A stretch of DNA of 64,000 nt from Bacteroidia bacterium. Lineage in GTDB: Bacteria; Bacteroidota; Bacteroidia; J057. Both the position numbers and the translations under genes were made by a program. The notes below the pieces were generated by a model. It saw only the letters and a list, made by a program, of their open reading frames with translations, was not told the DNA's origin and made no database searches. The stretch is taken from contig JBGCFA010000014.1 of the NCBI GenBank assembly GCA_045106675.1, positions 1 through 64,000 of the forward strand, written 5' to 3'. Below, one piece after another: positions 17,500 through 27,582 of this stretch (the first letter of the stretch is position 1; the number at the start of each line of letters is the position of its first letter).

Positions 17500-18165
17500 A
17501 TGCAAGAATTGTTTCGTGAAGCCATTACAGGCCCTAATCTCCTTTATACAATTTTACTAGGTTTCGTACTCCTTTATTTCCTTTCTGTCTTATTAGGCGC
17601 ACTGGATTTAGAGTTCTTCGAAATCGAACTTGATGCTGATATTGATATCGATGTAGATATCGATATGGATGTAGAGGCTGAAGCCGATGCAGATGTCGGA
17701 GGAGGAGGGCTCTTTGTGAACGTATTATCCTTCCTCAACATCGGGAAAGTGCCATTTATGATCTATGTTAGTTTGGTCATCCTTTCGATGTGGGTAATTG
17801 GGATCATCGCCAATCATATTTGGTATCCCACCTATAGTTGGTTTCCTCTTGCCTTGATGTTACCTAATTTTTTGCTCAGTCTATTGGTCGGCAAACTATT
17901 GTCAGAGCCATTTAAAAGCTCTTTTAGCAAGATCAATAAGCAAGGCCTTTCTAAAACCAAATTAGTCGGCAAGATATGTCAAGCTAGGACGACTCTGCGT
18001 TCCGATGCAATCGGCCAAGCAGAAGTAATGGTCGGAGAAGATCACCACACTATCACAGCCAAACTGCAAAAGGAGAAAACTCCTATCAAAGCAGGCGAAA
18101 AGGGCCTCATCATTGAATATCATAAGGACGATGACTATTTTATAGTAGCGCCTTTTGACGTATAA
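17500..18165 (+). CDS. YqiJ/NfeD-like inner-membrane protein (DUF1449-type) with a C-terminal OB-fold domain. It is the expected partner of the downstream flotillin.
   Basis: 221 aa. An N-terminal TM segment, then an acidic run DADIDIDVDIDMDVEAEADAD, then two or three TM helices. The C-terminal beta-rich segment GKICQARTTLRSDAIGQAEVMV...GEKGLIIEYHKDDDYFIVAPFDV resembles the NfeD C-terminal OB domain. The gene sits 34 nt upstream of the SPFH gene, as in E. coli yqiJ-yqiK. Confidence 0.6.
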   Translation: MQELFREAITGPNLLYTILLGFVLLYFLSVLLGALDLEFFEIELDADIDIDVDIDMDVEAEADADVGGGGLFVNVLSFLNIGKVPFMIYVSLVILSMWVIGIIANHIWYPTYSWFPLALMLPNFLLSLLVGKLLSEPFKSSFSKINKQGLSKTKLVGKICQARTTLRSDAIGQAEVMVGEDHHTITAKLQKEKTPIKAGEKGLIIEYHKDDDYFIVAPFDV

Positions 18166-18199
18166 AACTCATATTAACACTCAACCATATTATTAACGC

Positions 18200-20377
18200 A
18201 TGAACGATTTACTAATTAACATTGGTATTTTTGGCGGCAGTATTATTCTAGGCATTGTCTTAGTCTATGTAATCCTCGTCGCGGTGTTCTATCGCAAAGT
18301 CACGCAGGGGAAAGCCCTCGTTCGCACTGGGATGGGAAACACCAAAGTAGCCTTTGAAGGGATGTATGTAGTACCGCTATTACATACAGCGGAGGTTATG
18401 GACATTTCCCTTAAACAAGTTGTCATCAGCCGAGAAGGCAAAGATGGCCTAATTTGTAAAGACAATATCCGAGCTGACATTAAAGTGGTGTATTTTGTAC
18501 GCGTCAACGCTACCAACGAAGACGTCAAAAAAGTCGCCAGAACCATCGGTTGTAAACGAGCTTCTGATCTCGAAATGTTGATTCAACTTTTTGAAGCGAA
18601 ATTTTCAGAAGCCCTCAAGACAGTGGGTAAGCAATTTGACTTTGTTGATCTATACAATGCTCGTGCAGAGTTTCGTGATAATATCGTGAGCCAAATCGGA
18701 CAGGATCTCAATGGTTACTATCTCGATGACTGTGCGATTGACTACCTCGAGCAGACAGATATTGATCATCTAGATGAAGAAAATATCCTCGATGCAGAAG
18801 GTATCAAGAAAATTCGCGACCTGACTGCCAAGCAGATTACGCTTGCCAACAAGATCCAACGTGAAAAGGAAAAAGAAATCCGCAAACAGGATGTCGAAGC
18901 GCAGGAAGCAATCCTTGAGTTAGATAAGCAACTCGTTGAAAAAGAAGAAGTTCAAAAGCGTGAAGTTGCTTCGGTGAGAGCTCGTGAACTAGCTGAAACC
19001 CGCAAAATACAAGAAGAGGAATCTCTCAAAGCAGAGACAGCCCGTATCGCTAAAGAGCGTGATCTCGCCATCCAGACTGAAAATAAACAGCGTGATGTCA
19101 TAGTTGCCTCCAAAAACAAAGAACGTACAGAAGCTATCGAAACCGAAAAGGTGGTTCGCGATAAGGAACTTGAATCGACTGAAAGAGAGCGTATCGTTAC
19201 GCTAGCTAAGATTGAAAAAGAGAAAGCTGTTGAAGAAGAAAGGAAGAACATCCAAGATGTGATCCGCGACCGAGTAGCGGTAGAACGTGAGGTAGTCGAA
19301 GAGCAAGAAAAGATCAAGGATACTGAAGCTTTTGCCACGGCAGACCGCGAGAAAAAAGTCGCTTTGACTAAAGCAGCCCAGACTGCGGAAGAAGAATTGG
19401 TTCGCAAGATCAAAGGCGCCGAAGCGGATAAAGAAGCTTCTCAGCTAGTCGCTGAAAAGCGTATCATAGAAGCCAATGCGTTACGCGAAGCGATCGATAA
19501 AGAAGCCGAAGCTAAAAAGATCATGGCTGATGCAGTCGCCGTAGAGCATGCCTCTATCGGTATGGCCGAAGCCAAAGTCATGGAAGCCAAAGCCGACGCT
19601 CATCAGAAAGAAGGTGAAGCCCAAGCCAATATCCTTGAACAACAAGCCGTTGCAGAAGCTAAAGGCATCGAACTCAGAGGAGAGGCCCAAGCCGAATCTA
19701 ATCGTAAGATTGGTCGTGTTGATGCCGAACTCTCCATCGATCGTGGTATGGCCTTAGCACAGGTTACAGAAGCACAAGCTATCGCTGACGAAAAAGCAGG
19801 TATTGCCGAAGCCAAAGTCATCGAGCATAAAGCCCTCGCTGATGCCAAAGGCGTAGAAGCCAAAGCCGAAGCCATGCAAAAACTCGATGGGGTAGGCAAA
19901 GAGCACGAAGAGTTCAAGCTACGCTTGGAAAAAGATAAAGAAGTCGAATTGGCTCAAATCTCTATCCAGCGTGAAATTGCTCAGGCTCAGGCTCAAGTCC
20001 TTTCTGAAGCGCTGCAACATGCTAAAATCGACATCGTCGGTGGCGAAATGGAGTTCTTCGATCGTATCACCAATGCGGTTGGTCAAAGCAAATACGTCGA
20101 TAAGATCATGGAAAACCAGCACGTGGAAGAACTCAAAACGGCTCTCCTTGGCTCTGGTGGCAATGGCGACTTTCAAGGTAAACTGCGCGACTTTATCAGT
20201 CAGTTCAAATTGTCTACTGATGACATTCGCAATCTGACTGTATCTGCCCTGATCATGAAAATGCTCAGCCAGACCCAAGACGGTGAGAAGCAAGGGATAC
20301 TCAATCAATTGCTCAATACAGCCACCACACTGGGGATTGCCGATAAAAAGGCCGATAGTTTGGGCATAAGTATCTAG
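18200..20377 (+). CDS. Flotillin-like SPFH/band-7 protein (YqiK/FloT type).
   Basis: 725 aa. An N-terminal TM helix is followed by an SPFH domain (ISLKQVVISREGKDGLICKDNIRADIKVVYFVRV). A coiled coil of about 400 aa follows, with the flotillin-type Ala/Glu-rich repeats AEAKVMEAKADAHQKEGEAQANILEQQAVAEAKGIELRGEAQAE. Confidence 0.88.
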   Translation: MNDLLINIGIFGGSIILGIVLVYVILVAVFYRKVTQGKALVRTGMGNTKVAFEGMYVVPLLHTAEVMDISLKQVVISREGKDGLICKDNIRADIKVVYFVRVNATNEDVKKVARTIGCKRASDLEMLIQLFEAKFSEALKTVGKQFDFVDLYNARAEFRDNIVSQIGQDLNGYYLDDCAIDYLEQTDIDHLDEENILDAEGIKKIRDLTAKQITLANKIQREKEKEIRKQDVEAQEAILELDKQLVEKEEVQKREVASVRARELAETRKIQEEESLKAETARIAKERDLAIQTENKQRDVIVASKNKERTEAIETEKVVRDKELESTERERIVTLAKIEKEKAVEEERKNIQDVIRDRVAVEREVVEEQEKIKDTEAFATADREKKVALTKAAQTAEEELVRKIKGAEADKEASQLVAEKRIIEANALREAIDKEAEAKKIMADAVAVEHASIGMAEAKVMEAKADAHQKEGEAQANILEQQAVAEAKGIELRGEAQAESNRKIGRVDAELSIDRGMALAQVTEAQAIADEKAGIAEAKVIEHKALADAKGVEAKAEAMQKLDGVGKEHEEFKLRLEKDKEVELAQISIQREIAQAQAQVLSEALQHAKIDIVGGEMEFFDRITNAVGQSKYVDKIMENQHVEELKTALLGSGGNGDFQGKLRDFISQFKLSTDDIRNLTVSALIMKMLSQTQDGEKQGILNQLLNTATTLGIADKKADSLGISI

Positions 20378-20490
20378 TATTAAGTAGAAAGTACTGAGTA
20401 GGTCAAATCTTATTTCAATAATTTTGCTTCCTACTGCTATGCTATCCCAAGTACTTCATACTTTGTACTAAGTACTTAATACTAAAAAAA

Positions 20491-21132
20491 ATGTACACAA
20501 CGCTGACAATAGGGAGGGGCCATTGGCTTCTCCCGCTTTCCCTAAGTTTGCTGTTTTTATCCTGTACGGAAACGCTTTCAGATGTTGGGCTTAAACGCCA
20601 AACGATAGAAGCCCTCGTACAAAGTTCACAGCAAAAGCAAACCTACATTTATGAGGAAGAAGGGGAAGAGATAGAAGAGGAACAACAATGGTCCCAAATT
20701 GATCGCCAAAACGGTAATTGGGCCTACCTCGAAGTCTACAACCAGTTTCTAACCGAAAGCGGTCAGCAAGAGTACAATCTCTACGAATTTCAATTTGATC
20801 CACACAATGTCGGGGCGCGTTTTCCGATCCTCGAATATGAACTCAGGATATACCAAGATAGTGCTTGGTTTGCCCTGACCAATGAATTAGAAGCCAGTCT
20901 GGATAGCGTATTGATCCATGAAGTAGATACACTCTATCGTCTTCTTGGCTACGCACACAAAGGCGACCCGGCCCCTGGCCATATGCGCTATTGGTCTCCA
21001 GAATATGGCACCGTCCTCACTTGGTATGGCGAAAGTCGATACTTCGAACTTCACAAAGCCTATCAAGGATTGGACCCAGCACGCTTAACGCTTTTGAAAG
21101 GCCTCGCCTTTCAGGATACTCAAAAACAATGA
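20491..21132 (+). CDS. Hypothetical lipoprotein. Its stop overlaps the start of the giant AAA+ gene (ATGA at 21128-21132).
   Basis: 213 aa. LLPLSLSLLFLSC has a lipobox. An acidic stretch EEEGEEIEEEQQ follows. I recognise no known domain. Confidence 0.5.
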   Translation: MYTTLTIGRGHWLLPLSLSLLFLSCTETLSDVGLKRQTIEALVQSSQQKQTYIYEEEGEEIEEEQQWSQIDRQNGNWAYLEVYNQFLTESGQQEYNLYEFQFDPHNVGARFPILEYELRIYQDSAWFALTNELEASLDSVLIHEVDTLYRLLGYAHKGDPAPGHMRYWSPEYGTVLTWYGESRYFELHKAYQGLDPARLTLLKGLAFQDTQKQ

Positions 21133-24100
21133 CCGATCAGAATATCGCTTTAGAAGGAGGAACTTACGAAATCATCCAGCGTCGCTTACAAAAGCATGCA
21201 GATGAACTTCGTAGTCGCCTACAAAAGCTCAATGTCGAACGCAAGGATGTATTTGGTGCCATCGAAACCGAACTACTTGCTACCGACCGCATTTCCACCC
21301 AGCACAATTGTATCCCTCGAGATATGGTGGCGGTCGGCCCTCACTTTTTGTTTGGATATAACGTCCACCTCGGCCTCAAAGGAGAGATCGAACTTAGCGA
21401 TGTATTTAGTGCCTTTCGTTTTGATAATCAGGATCATAGCTTTCATCAGGAGGCTTTGTCTCTGATCGAGAACGCTCAATTTGAGGAGGATTTTCAAAAC
21501 CTCTACAAATATTATAAAGACACTGTATTTGCAAAGTTTGCGATCATCGGGCCGCATCTCTATATGGTTTTTCAGGTAGGTAAAGGACAAAATGATCTCA
21601 AGACGTTCAAATGGATTGTCAACGATGATAGCCTTACCTACTTAGGCAACCGTTTTGATCATGAGTACCGCTTCCCGGAACAACATGCCTTTCGTTGGGT
21701 ACGCACTACCCGTGAGATGCAGCGTCGCGGCAAGCACCCTCATATCTCGATCTTGGATCGCGTATTTGTCGAGACGGTAGGTGGTGACCTTACCATCAAA
21801 GTCGAGGACAATACTGAGACAGGACATGGCATCTATGAAGAGGCCGTAGAGCATAGCGATCAAACCCTTGACGACGCGGAGTTTTATTACGCTAATCTTG
21901 GTAATTTGATTGTACTCAAGATTCGCCCTTACCAAGAAAAAACATGGCGTTATCTCATCTTCAATGAAAAAATGCAAACTGTATTACGAGTAGATAGCTT
22001 GGATCAGTCTTGTGTATTACTACCTGATGATCAGGGGATTATTTTCTCCAATGGCTATTATCTACAGACCGGCGATTATAAGATTTTTGACAATCTAATC
22101 CATGATCTACAGTTTGAAAAGCGTTTGGCTTCGCCGAACGGGGAAGACTTTCTCTATATGTTTTACCAACGCAAGGAAGGAGCATATGTCCTACTTCCTT
22201 ACAATCTGGTAGAGCAACAAGTAGCCACACCTATTATCTGTAGTGGATTTTCGATCTTCTCCGATGGAGAACTCTGCTACTTCAGAGCCGAAGAGACTCC
22301 AAGTCGCCATCATGTGGTGCAAGTATGGCAAACGCCTTATGGAGAGGCTATCATTACGCCTGAGCAGCATGTCGATACCTATCTCTACAAGATTGGCAAC
22401 AAAGACTTGGTGCGCGGTATGGCAGAGTGTAACGAACTCTTAACGCTTCTCAATAAAGGCGATGAGTACGGTAATCTCTATGTCGATTTGGTGCGTAAGA
22501 CCAACGAAATTCTTGATAGTTATTATTGGATCAATCAGGCCGAAACGCAACAATTAAATGTGCCACTTGCTGCTGTCAAAGAAGCAGCAGCCTCGGCCAT
22601 AGATGAATTTGCTAAAGTGCGTCGTTTGCGTGAGCAAACCCGCCAAGCAGTAGACGAAACTGAAGACAATCTGAAAGCTTTGATGGATAAAATCCGTCGC
22701 TATAAGCCCAAGCAGGTCGATCAGTTTGTACAGTACCTATCGTCCCTCCGTCAACTCAATGGTGCCATCGTTGGCCTCAAAGAGCTACGCTATATCGATA
22801 TGGCAGGAGTAGAGGATATGGAGGCACGGGTTGTCGAACAATCTGCTAATCTCTCTGAGCAGATGGTTTCCTTTTTGTTGGAAGCTCAGGCTTTGGAGCC
22901 ATACCAGCTCAAAGTCGTTGAAAGTAAGCAGCAGATCAGTGAAGTAAGCAAAGTCGCTGAGGCCGAAACTTGTAAAGAACGCCTTGACGAAATCGGTGGA
23001 GAACTTGAACTCCTTATCGAGATCGTAGGTAATCTCAAGATCGGCGATGCTACCCAAACTACGGAGATCATTGAGCGTATTTCAGAGATTTATACGCAGC
23101 TCAATGGTCAGCGCGCTCAACTGAAGCAAAAGCGTCAGGAACTACAAGGCACCGAGGCCGCAGCTGAGTATCAGGCCCAGGTCCGTTTATTGGATCAAGC
23201 CTTGCTCAACTATCTCGATCTCTGTGATAGCCCAGCTCGATGTGAGGAATATTTGACGCGTATGACCATTCAATTAGAAGAGTTGGAAGGTCGCTTTTCA
23301 GAATATGAGACTTATATCTTAACTCTTTCCGAAAAGAGAGAGGAGATATACAATGCATTCGAAACTAGGCGTTTGCAACTGCTAGAGACACGTAATCGCC
23401 GTGCCGGAACGCTTTTTTCTGCCGGAGAACGTATCCTCAAAGGCATTGCCAATCGCTTAGCCCAGTTTAGCGAAGCCAATGAAATCAACGCTTACTTTGC
23501 CGCTGACCTTATGGTCAACAAAGTGCGCGATATCATCGGCGAGCTAGAGAAGCTCGAAGACAACGTCAAAGCGAGCGATCTACAAGCCCGTCTCAAGACT
23601 TTGCGTGAAGATGCACAGCGTCAATTGCGCGATCGTAAGGAACTCTTTGTTGACGGGAAAAACGTGATCCGTTTTGGGCGACATGCTTTTAGCGTCAATC
23701 AGCAAAAGCTTGAATTGACCATAGTCCCGAAAGAAAGCGAGCTATATTTTCATCTTACGGGTACCAACTTCTTTCAATTGATTGAAGATGGGGCGCTTCT
23801 GGCGACTCGCTCGGTTTGGGATATGAGTATTCCGGCGGAGAACAGGGAGGTCTATCGCGCTGAGTTTTTGGCTTATCTGCTACTCGCAGAACTCAGGAAC
23901 GAGGCCTTGCCCAAAGGTCAAAAACTAGCCGCCAAGGTCAAAGACTTTATGGCTAAGCGTTATACCGAAGGTTACATCAAAGGCATCCACGATAGCGACG
24001 CTACCCAAATCCTCACGGCTTTGCAAAAAATGGAAAGCAAGATGGGCTTGCTGCGTTATGCTGCACCCGTTCGAGCTTTGGCGCAGAGCTATTGGGAGCA

Positions 24101-25967
24101 TGGCTTGACCGACGAAAGTCGCAAGCAATTGTTACCTCAAATCAAGGCTGCCGCTAATGTGATGGGACTCTTTCCCAATAGCCGTGAGTTTGCCAGCTTG
24201 CAACAAGAACTCGAAAAGGGCCTCGAAAGCTTTGTCAATGGCAACGAACTATTTGCTGAGGTCGATTTGAAGTTGGCGGCAAGTTATCTATTTGCCGAAT
24301 TGAGTAGTGGAGATCGCTTTGCGGTCAGTAGTGCGGCGCGTGATCTTGCAGAAGGCTTTTTGGCTTTTCTCAAAAAGAAGAAGTCCACGCAGAAGTTTCG
24401 TGCTTCATACGAGAACTTAGAAGGGCTTGATCGTCTGGCCTTGATCCATCATTGGGTGCAGGCTTATATCAAGCAGGAAGTAGATGTCGCAAATTTAGGC
24501 TACGCCAAAGAGGTGAGCGTTCTGCTGGACGGCAGTAAAATAGATCCTAAACAAGTAATAGATGTGGCGCTGCGTCAAGAGTTGAAGGATATGTTGGGAG
24601 AGCATACAGTACTCGAAAAGGGTACTTATCTCCTTGATTATCATCAGTATCAGGCGAAATTACAGCATTTTGCTAATACAGTATTGCCGATGTATCACGC
24701 CTTCGTCGAACGCAAAAAGCAATTGGCAGAGGAGTATCGTGATAGTTTAAGATTGGAGAGCTTTAAACCTCGAGTACTGAGTTCGTTTGTGCGTAATCAA
24801 CTGATCGATGAGGTGTATTTGCCTTTGATTGGAGACAATCTCGCCAAGCAAATCGGTACAGTAGGGGAGGAGACACGCACAGATCGTATGGGTATGTTCT
24901 TACTGATTAGCCCTCCGGGTTATGGTAAGACGACTTTGATGGAGTATATCGCCAATCGATTAGGCTTAATCTTTATGAAGGTCAATGGCCCAGCTATCGG
25001 TCATGATGTGCGCTCTATCGATCCGGCAGAAGCACCAAATGCAGCAGGCCGCGAAGAACTCAATAAACTCAATCTCGCATTGGAGATGGGGGACAATATT
25101 ATGCTGTATGTTGATGATATCCAGCATTGTCATCCAGAGTTTTTGCAGAAGTTTATTTCTCTCTGCGATGCACAACGCAAAATTGAAGGGGTCTATCGGG
25201 GACGTACTCGGACTTATGACCTGAGAGGCAAGCGTGTGGCGGTAGTGATGGCTGGAAACCCTTATACGGAGTCTGGTGAGCAATTTCAGATACCGGATAT
25301 GTTGGCCAACCGAGCTGATACCTACAATCTTGGCGATATCATCGGTGAGCGAGATGAGGCATTCAAGCGTTCCTATTTGGAAAATGCCTTGACCTCCAAT
25401 TCTATCTTGACTCGGCTCAGTAGTGCACCCAAAGCGGATGTGCAATTGCTCATTCGTATGGCCGAAAGTGGCGAAGAAGATGCTGGCACCTTTGAGTCTC
25501 GCATTAGTAGTGAAGAGAGAGGGGAATACCTCAATGTTTTGCGCAAACTATTGCTGGTTCAAGATGTGATTCTCAAAGTGAATCAGGCGTATATACGTTC
25601 TGCAGCGCAGAACGATAACTTTAGGACCGAGCCGCCTTTCCAGTTACAAGGCTCCTATCGTAATATGAATCGCTTGGCTGAAAAGGTGGTACCTGCCATG
25701 AACGATGAGGAATTGCAGACGTTAATTTCTTCGCACTATGAAGGTGAGTCGCAAACGCTCAGCCAAGGAGCTGAGGCAAACTTCCTCCGTTTCCGTGCCT
25801 TGACGGGACAGTTAGATGAAACCGAGACGACTCGCTGGGAAGAAATTTGCCAATTGTACCGCGCGCAGAAAACACTTGAAGGCGATAGACTCGCTCAACT
25901 CGTACAGGAAATGGGCCGCTTTGCTGAGGGTCTTACGAGCATCAAAGATGCGATTGAGAAGGGCTAG
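21128..25967 (+). CDS. Giant (about 1,613 aa) uncharacterised protein with an N-terminal beta-rich domain, a long coiled-coil region and a C-terminal Lon-type AAA+ ATPase module without a peptidase domain.
   Basis: The ORF track shows the frame open from 20991, but the ATG at 21128 (MTDQNIALEGG...) overlaps the upstream stop and is the likely start. The Walker A is ISPPGYGKTTL at about 24911-24940. The Walker B is IMLYVDDIQH at about 25104-25127. Sensor 1 is VAVVMAGNP at about 25246-25265. The downstream stretch IPDMLANRADTYNL and the sensor-2-like GSYRNMNRLAEKV follow. The whole module aligns collinearly with the LonA ATPase (VGPPGVGKTS / LLDEIDKM / FVATSN / IPAPLLDRMEVIRL / GVRGLEREI). Confidence 0.7.
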
Positions 25968-26053
25968 ACTTTCTCACTAGTTTCATGTGAAAAACAAAAT
26001 TAAATAGTGGCATATGTGAGGATGCTACTGTTAGGTGCAAGTAAAAAAACAGA

Positions 26054-26542
26054 ATGAAGAATTTTAATCACTACGTATCAATCTATAAAGAACAACTCGA
26101 TAAAGGGGACATATTAATTGCATATAATGGATTAGTGAAATTTGTTATGCAATTAAGAACAGATTTTATTAAAAATCTCTCTGAGCGCTATGCATTTTCA
26201 GGTATTCTTCACGGATACATGGATTACACTTACTTCTATTTCACCAACGAATTTTTGAAAAGCAAAAAATTAAAATTGGGACTAGTGCTAAATCACTTAG
26301 AAATGAGGTTTGAGATTTGGCTTTTAGGAAATACAAAAGACATTCAAAAATCATATTGGAATGCTTTAAAAGAATCAGAATGGAACAAAGGCAGAAAAGA
26401 AATGCCTGAGTATTCGATTTTAGAAATAGTTATCGAAAAGGAACCAGATTTTAATGACTTAAGGCTGTTATCTCAAAAAATTGAAAATAAATTGATTGTA
26501 ATATCTGATGAAATTGTAAATGCAATCGAAAACTTGGATTAA
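26054..26542 (+). CDS. Hypothetical protein in an AT-rich islet.
   Basis: 162-aa ORF. Local GC is clearly lower than in the flanking genes. I recognise no motif. Confidence 0.4.
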   Translation: MKNFNHYVSIYKEQLDKGDILIAYNGLVKFVMQLRTDFIKNLSERYAFSGILHGYMDYTYFYFTNEFLKSKKLKLGLVLNHLEMRFEIWLLGNTKDIQKSYWNALKESEWNKGRKEMPEYSILEIVIEKEPDFNDLRLLSQKIENKLIVISDEIVNAIENLD

Positions 26543-26745
26543 TCAAATGAAACCTGCACCTAACATGGTCTACGAGTTAGTCATTCGTCGCGGGCTCCTC
26601 GATCCCGTAGGCAGTCCGGTCGTTAGCAGTAATTGAAGAAAAAGCATGAATGAACAAAATTTCCAAATAGAATTTGGAGCATAATGTTTGGAGTTTCAAT
26701 TCCGCTACTATTTTTATACTAAACGTTATGTATAACTGAAAAAAA

Positions 26746-27519
26746 TTGATGGAATATCTGCTGATCATCTTGGGCTTCTTATTGCTTGTTAGTTGCGAAA
26801 ATATGATCCCTCCTGCTAAAGAAATCGTCGAAGTAGTGGCTTGGGATGGCATGGGTAAAGCAATTGAGGAAGGTGATACGCTTCAGTTCTTAATCACTGA
26901 AGAATATCGCCGTAATGATGTTGTTGGTTTTTTTTAGGCAGCGGTTGAAACGGATTCTCTAGTCCTAATACCTTCTCGAATCATCGGACTTACTGGAGAG
27001 TCTATTAAGATGAGAAATGGGGTGATTTACATAAATTCCCAAGCATACCTTGATCCTATTGATGTTAATAGACCTTATGCATTGCATTTAGGATTACGCG
27101 ATAGTACATTTTTTGCAGGGACCAATTTCGAACAATCAGGTTCTCCCCCGAAAAGCTTTTTTGTCTTGGACCTAAGGACAACAGAACTCGCACTAGTCGA
27201 TGACAAATGGATGAATGTAAACGAGATATCACGCATGGAAAATATCCACTCGGCAGGGGATGTTATAGGAGGGACAGTTGAGAATAATTGGAATAGATAT
27301 AATTGGGGTCCATTCAAGATTCCTAATGTAGGCGATAAAGTTGTTTTGAATGATAAAAATGAAAGATTATATGAATCTCTATTCTTTGAGAAGAGGAAAA
27401 AAAACCTAGTAACAACTGAGTGTTATTTTTTGATAAGCGATGATAGAGGGACATTATATGATTCAAGATTTATTGGCTTGATCCCTAAAAGGGCAATTAT
27501 TGGGAAAGTGATGACATAA
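26746..27519 (+). pseudogene. Signal-peptidase-I (LepB)-like gene interrupted by an in-frame TAG at 26935-26937. The catalytic Ser and Lys positions are substituted.
   Basis: ORFs 26746..26937 and 27010..27519 are in the same frame. Read-through gives ...GDTLQFLITEEYRRNDVVGFF*AAVETDSLVLIPSRIIGLTGESIKMRNGVIYINSQ...SDDRGTLYDSRFIGLIPKRAIIGKV. This is collinear with LepB boxes GD.L.V...RGDIVVF / YIKRVIGLPGD / GDNRDNS.DSRYWG.VP...I.GKA. The SSM catalytic Ser position reads WDGM, and the catalytic Lys position (YIKR) reads SRII. Confidence 0.55.
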
Positions 27520-27582
27520 CTCTTATCCGAAATGATTAGGATGAAAAAAGGTGTTAAATTATGGATAGCTTAAAACATTAGA

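Noticed and set aside
18952-19917. Several minus-strand ORFs of 70-150 aa antisense to the flotillin gene
   Set aside because: They are low-complexity Ser/Ala-rich translations of the antisense strand of the Glu/Ala-rich coiled-coil repeats. These are frame artefacts.
26545-26640. GC-rich patch (cgtcgcgggctcctcgatcccgtaggcagtccggtcg) inside the AT-rich islet. I considered a tRNA 3' fragment or an att site marking an integrated element, or a small RNA.
   Set aside because: No T-arm (GGTTCGA.TCC) or acceptor-stem pairing could be built on either strand. No integrase or flanking direct repeat was found. I left it unexplained and made no call.
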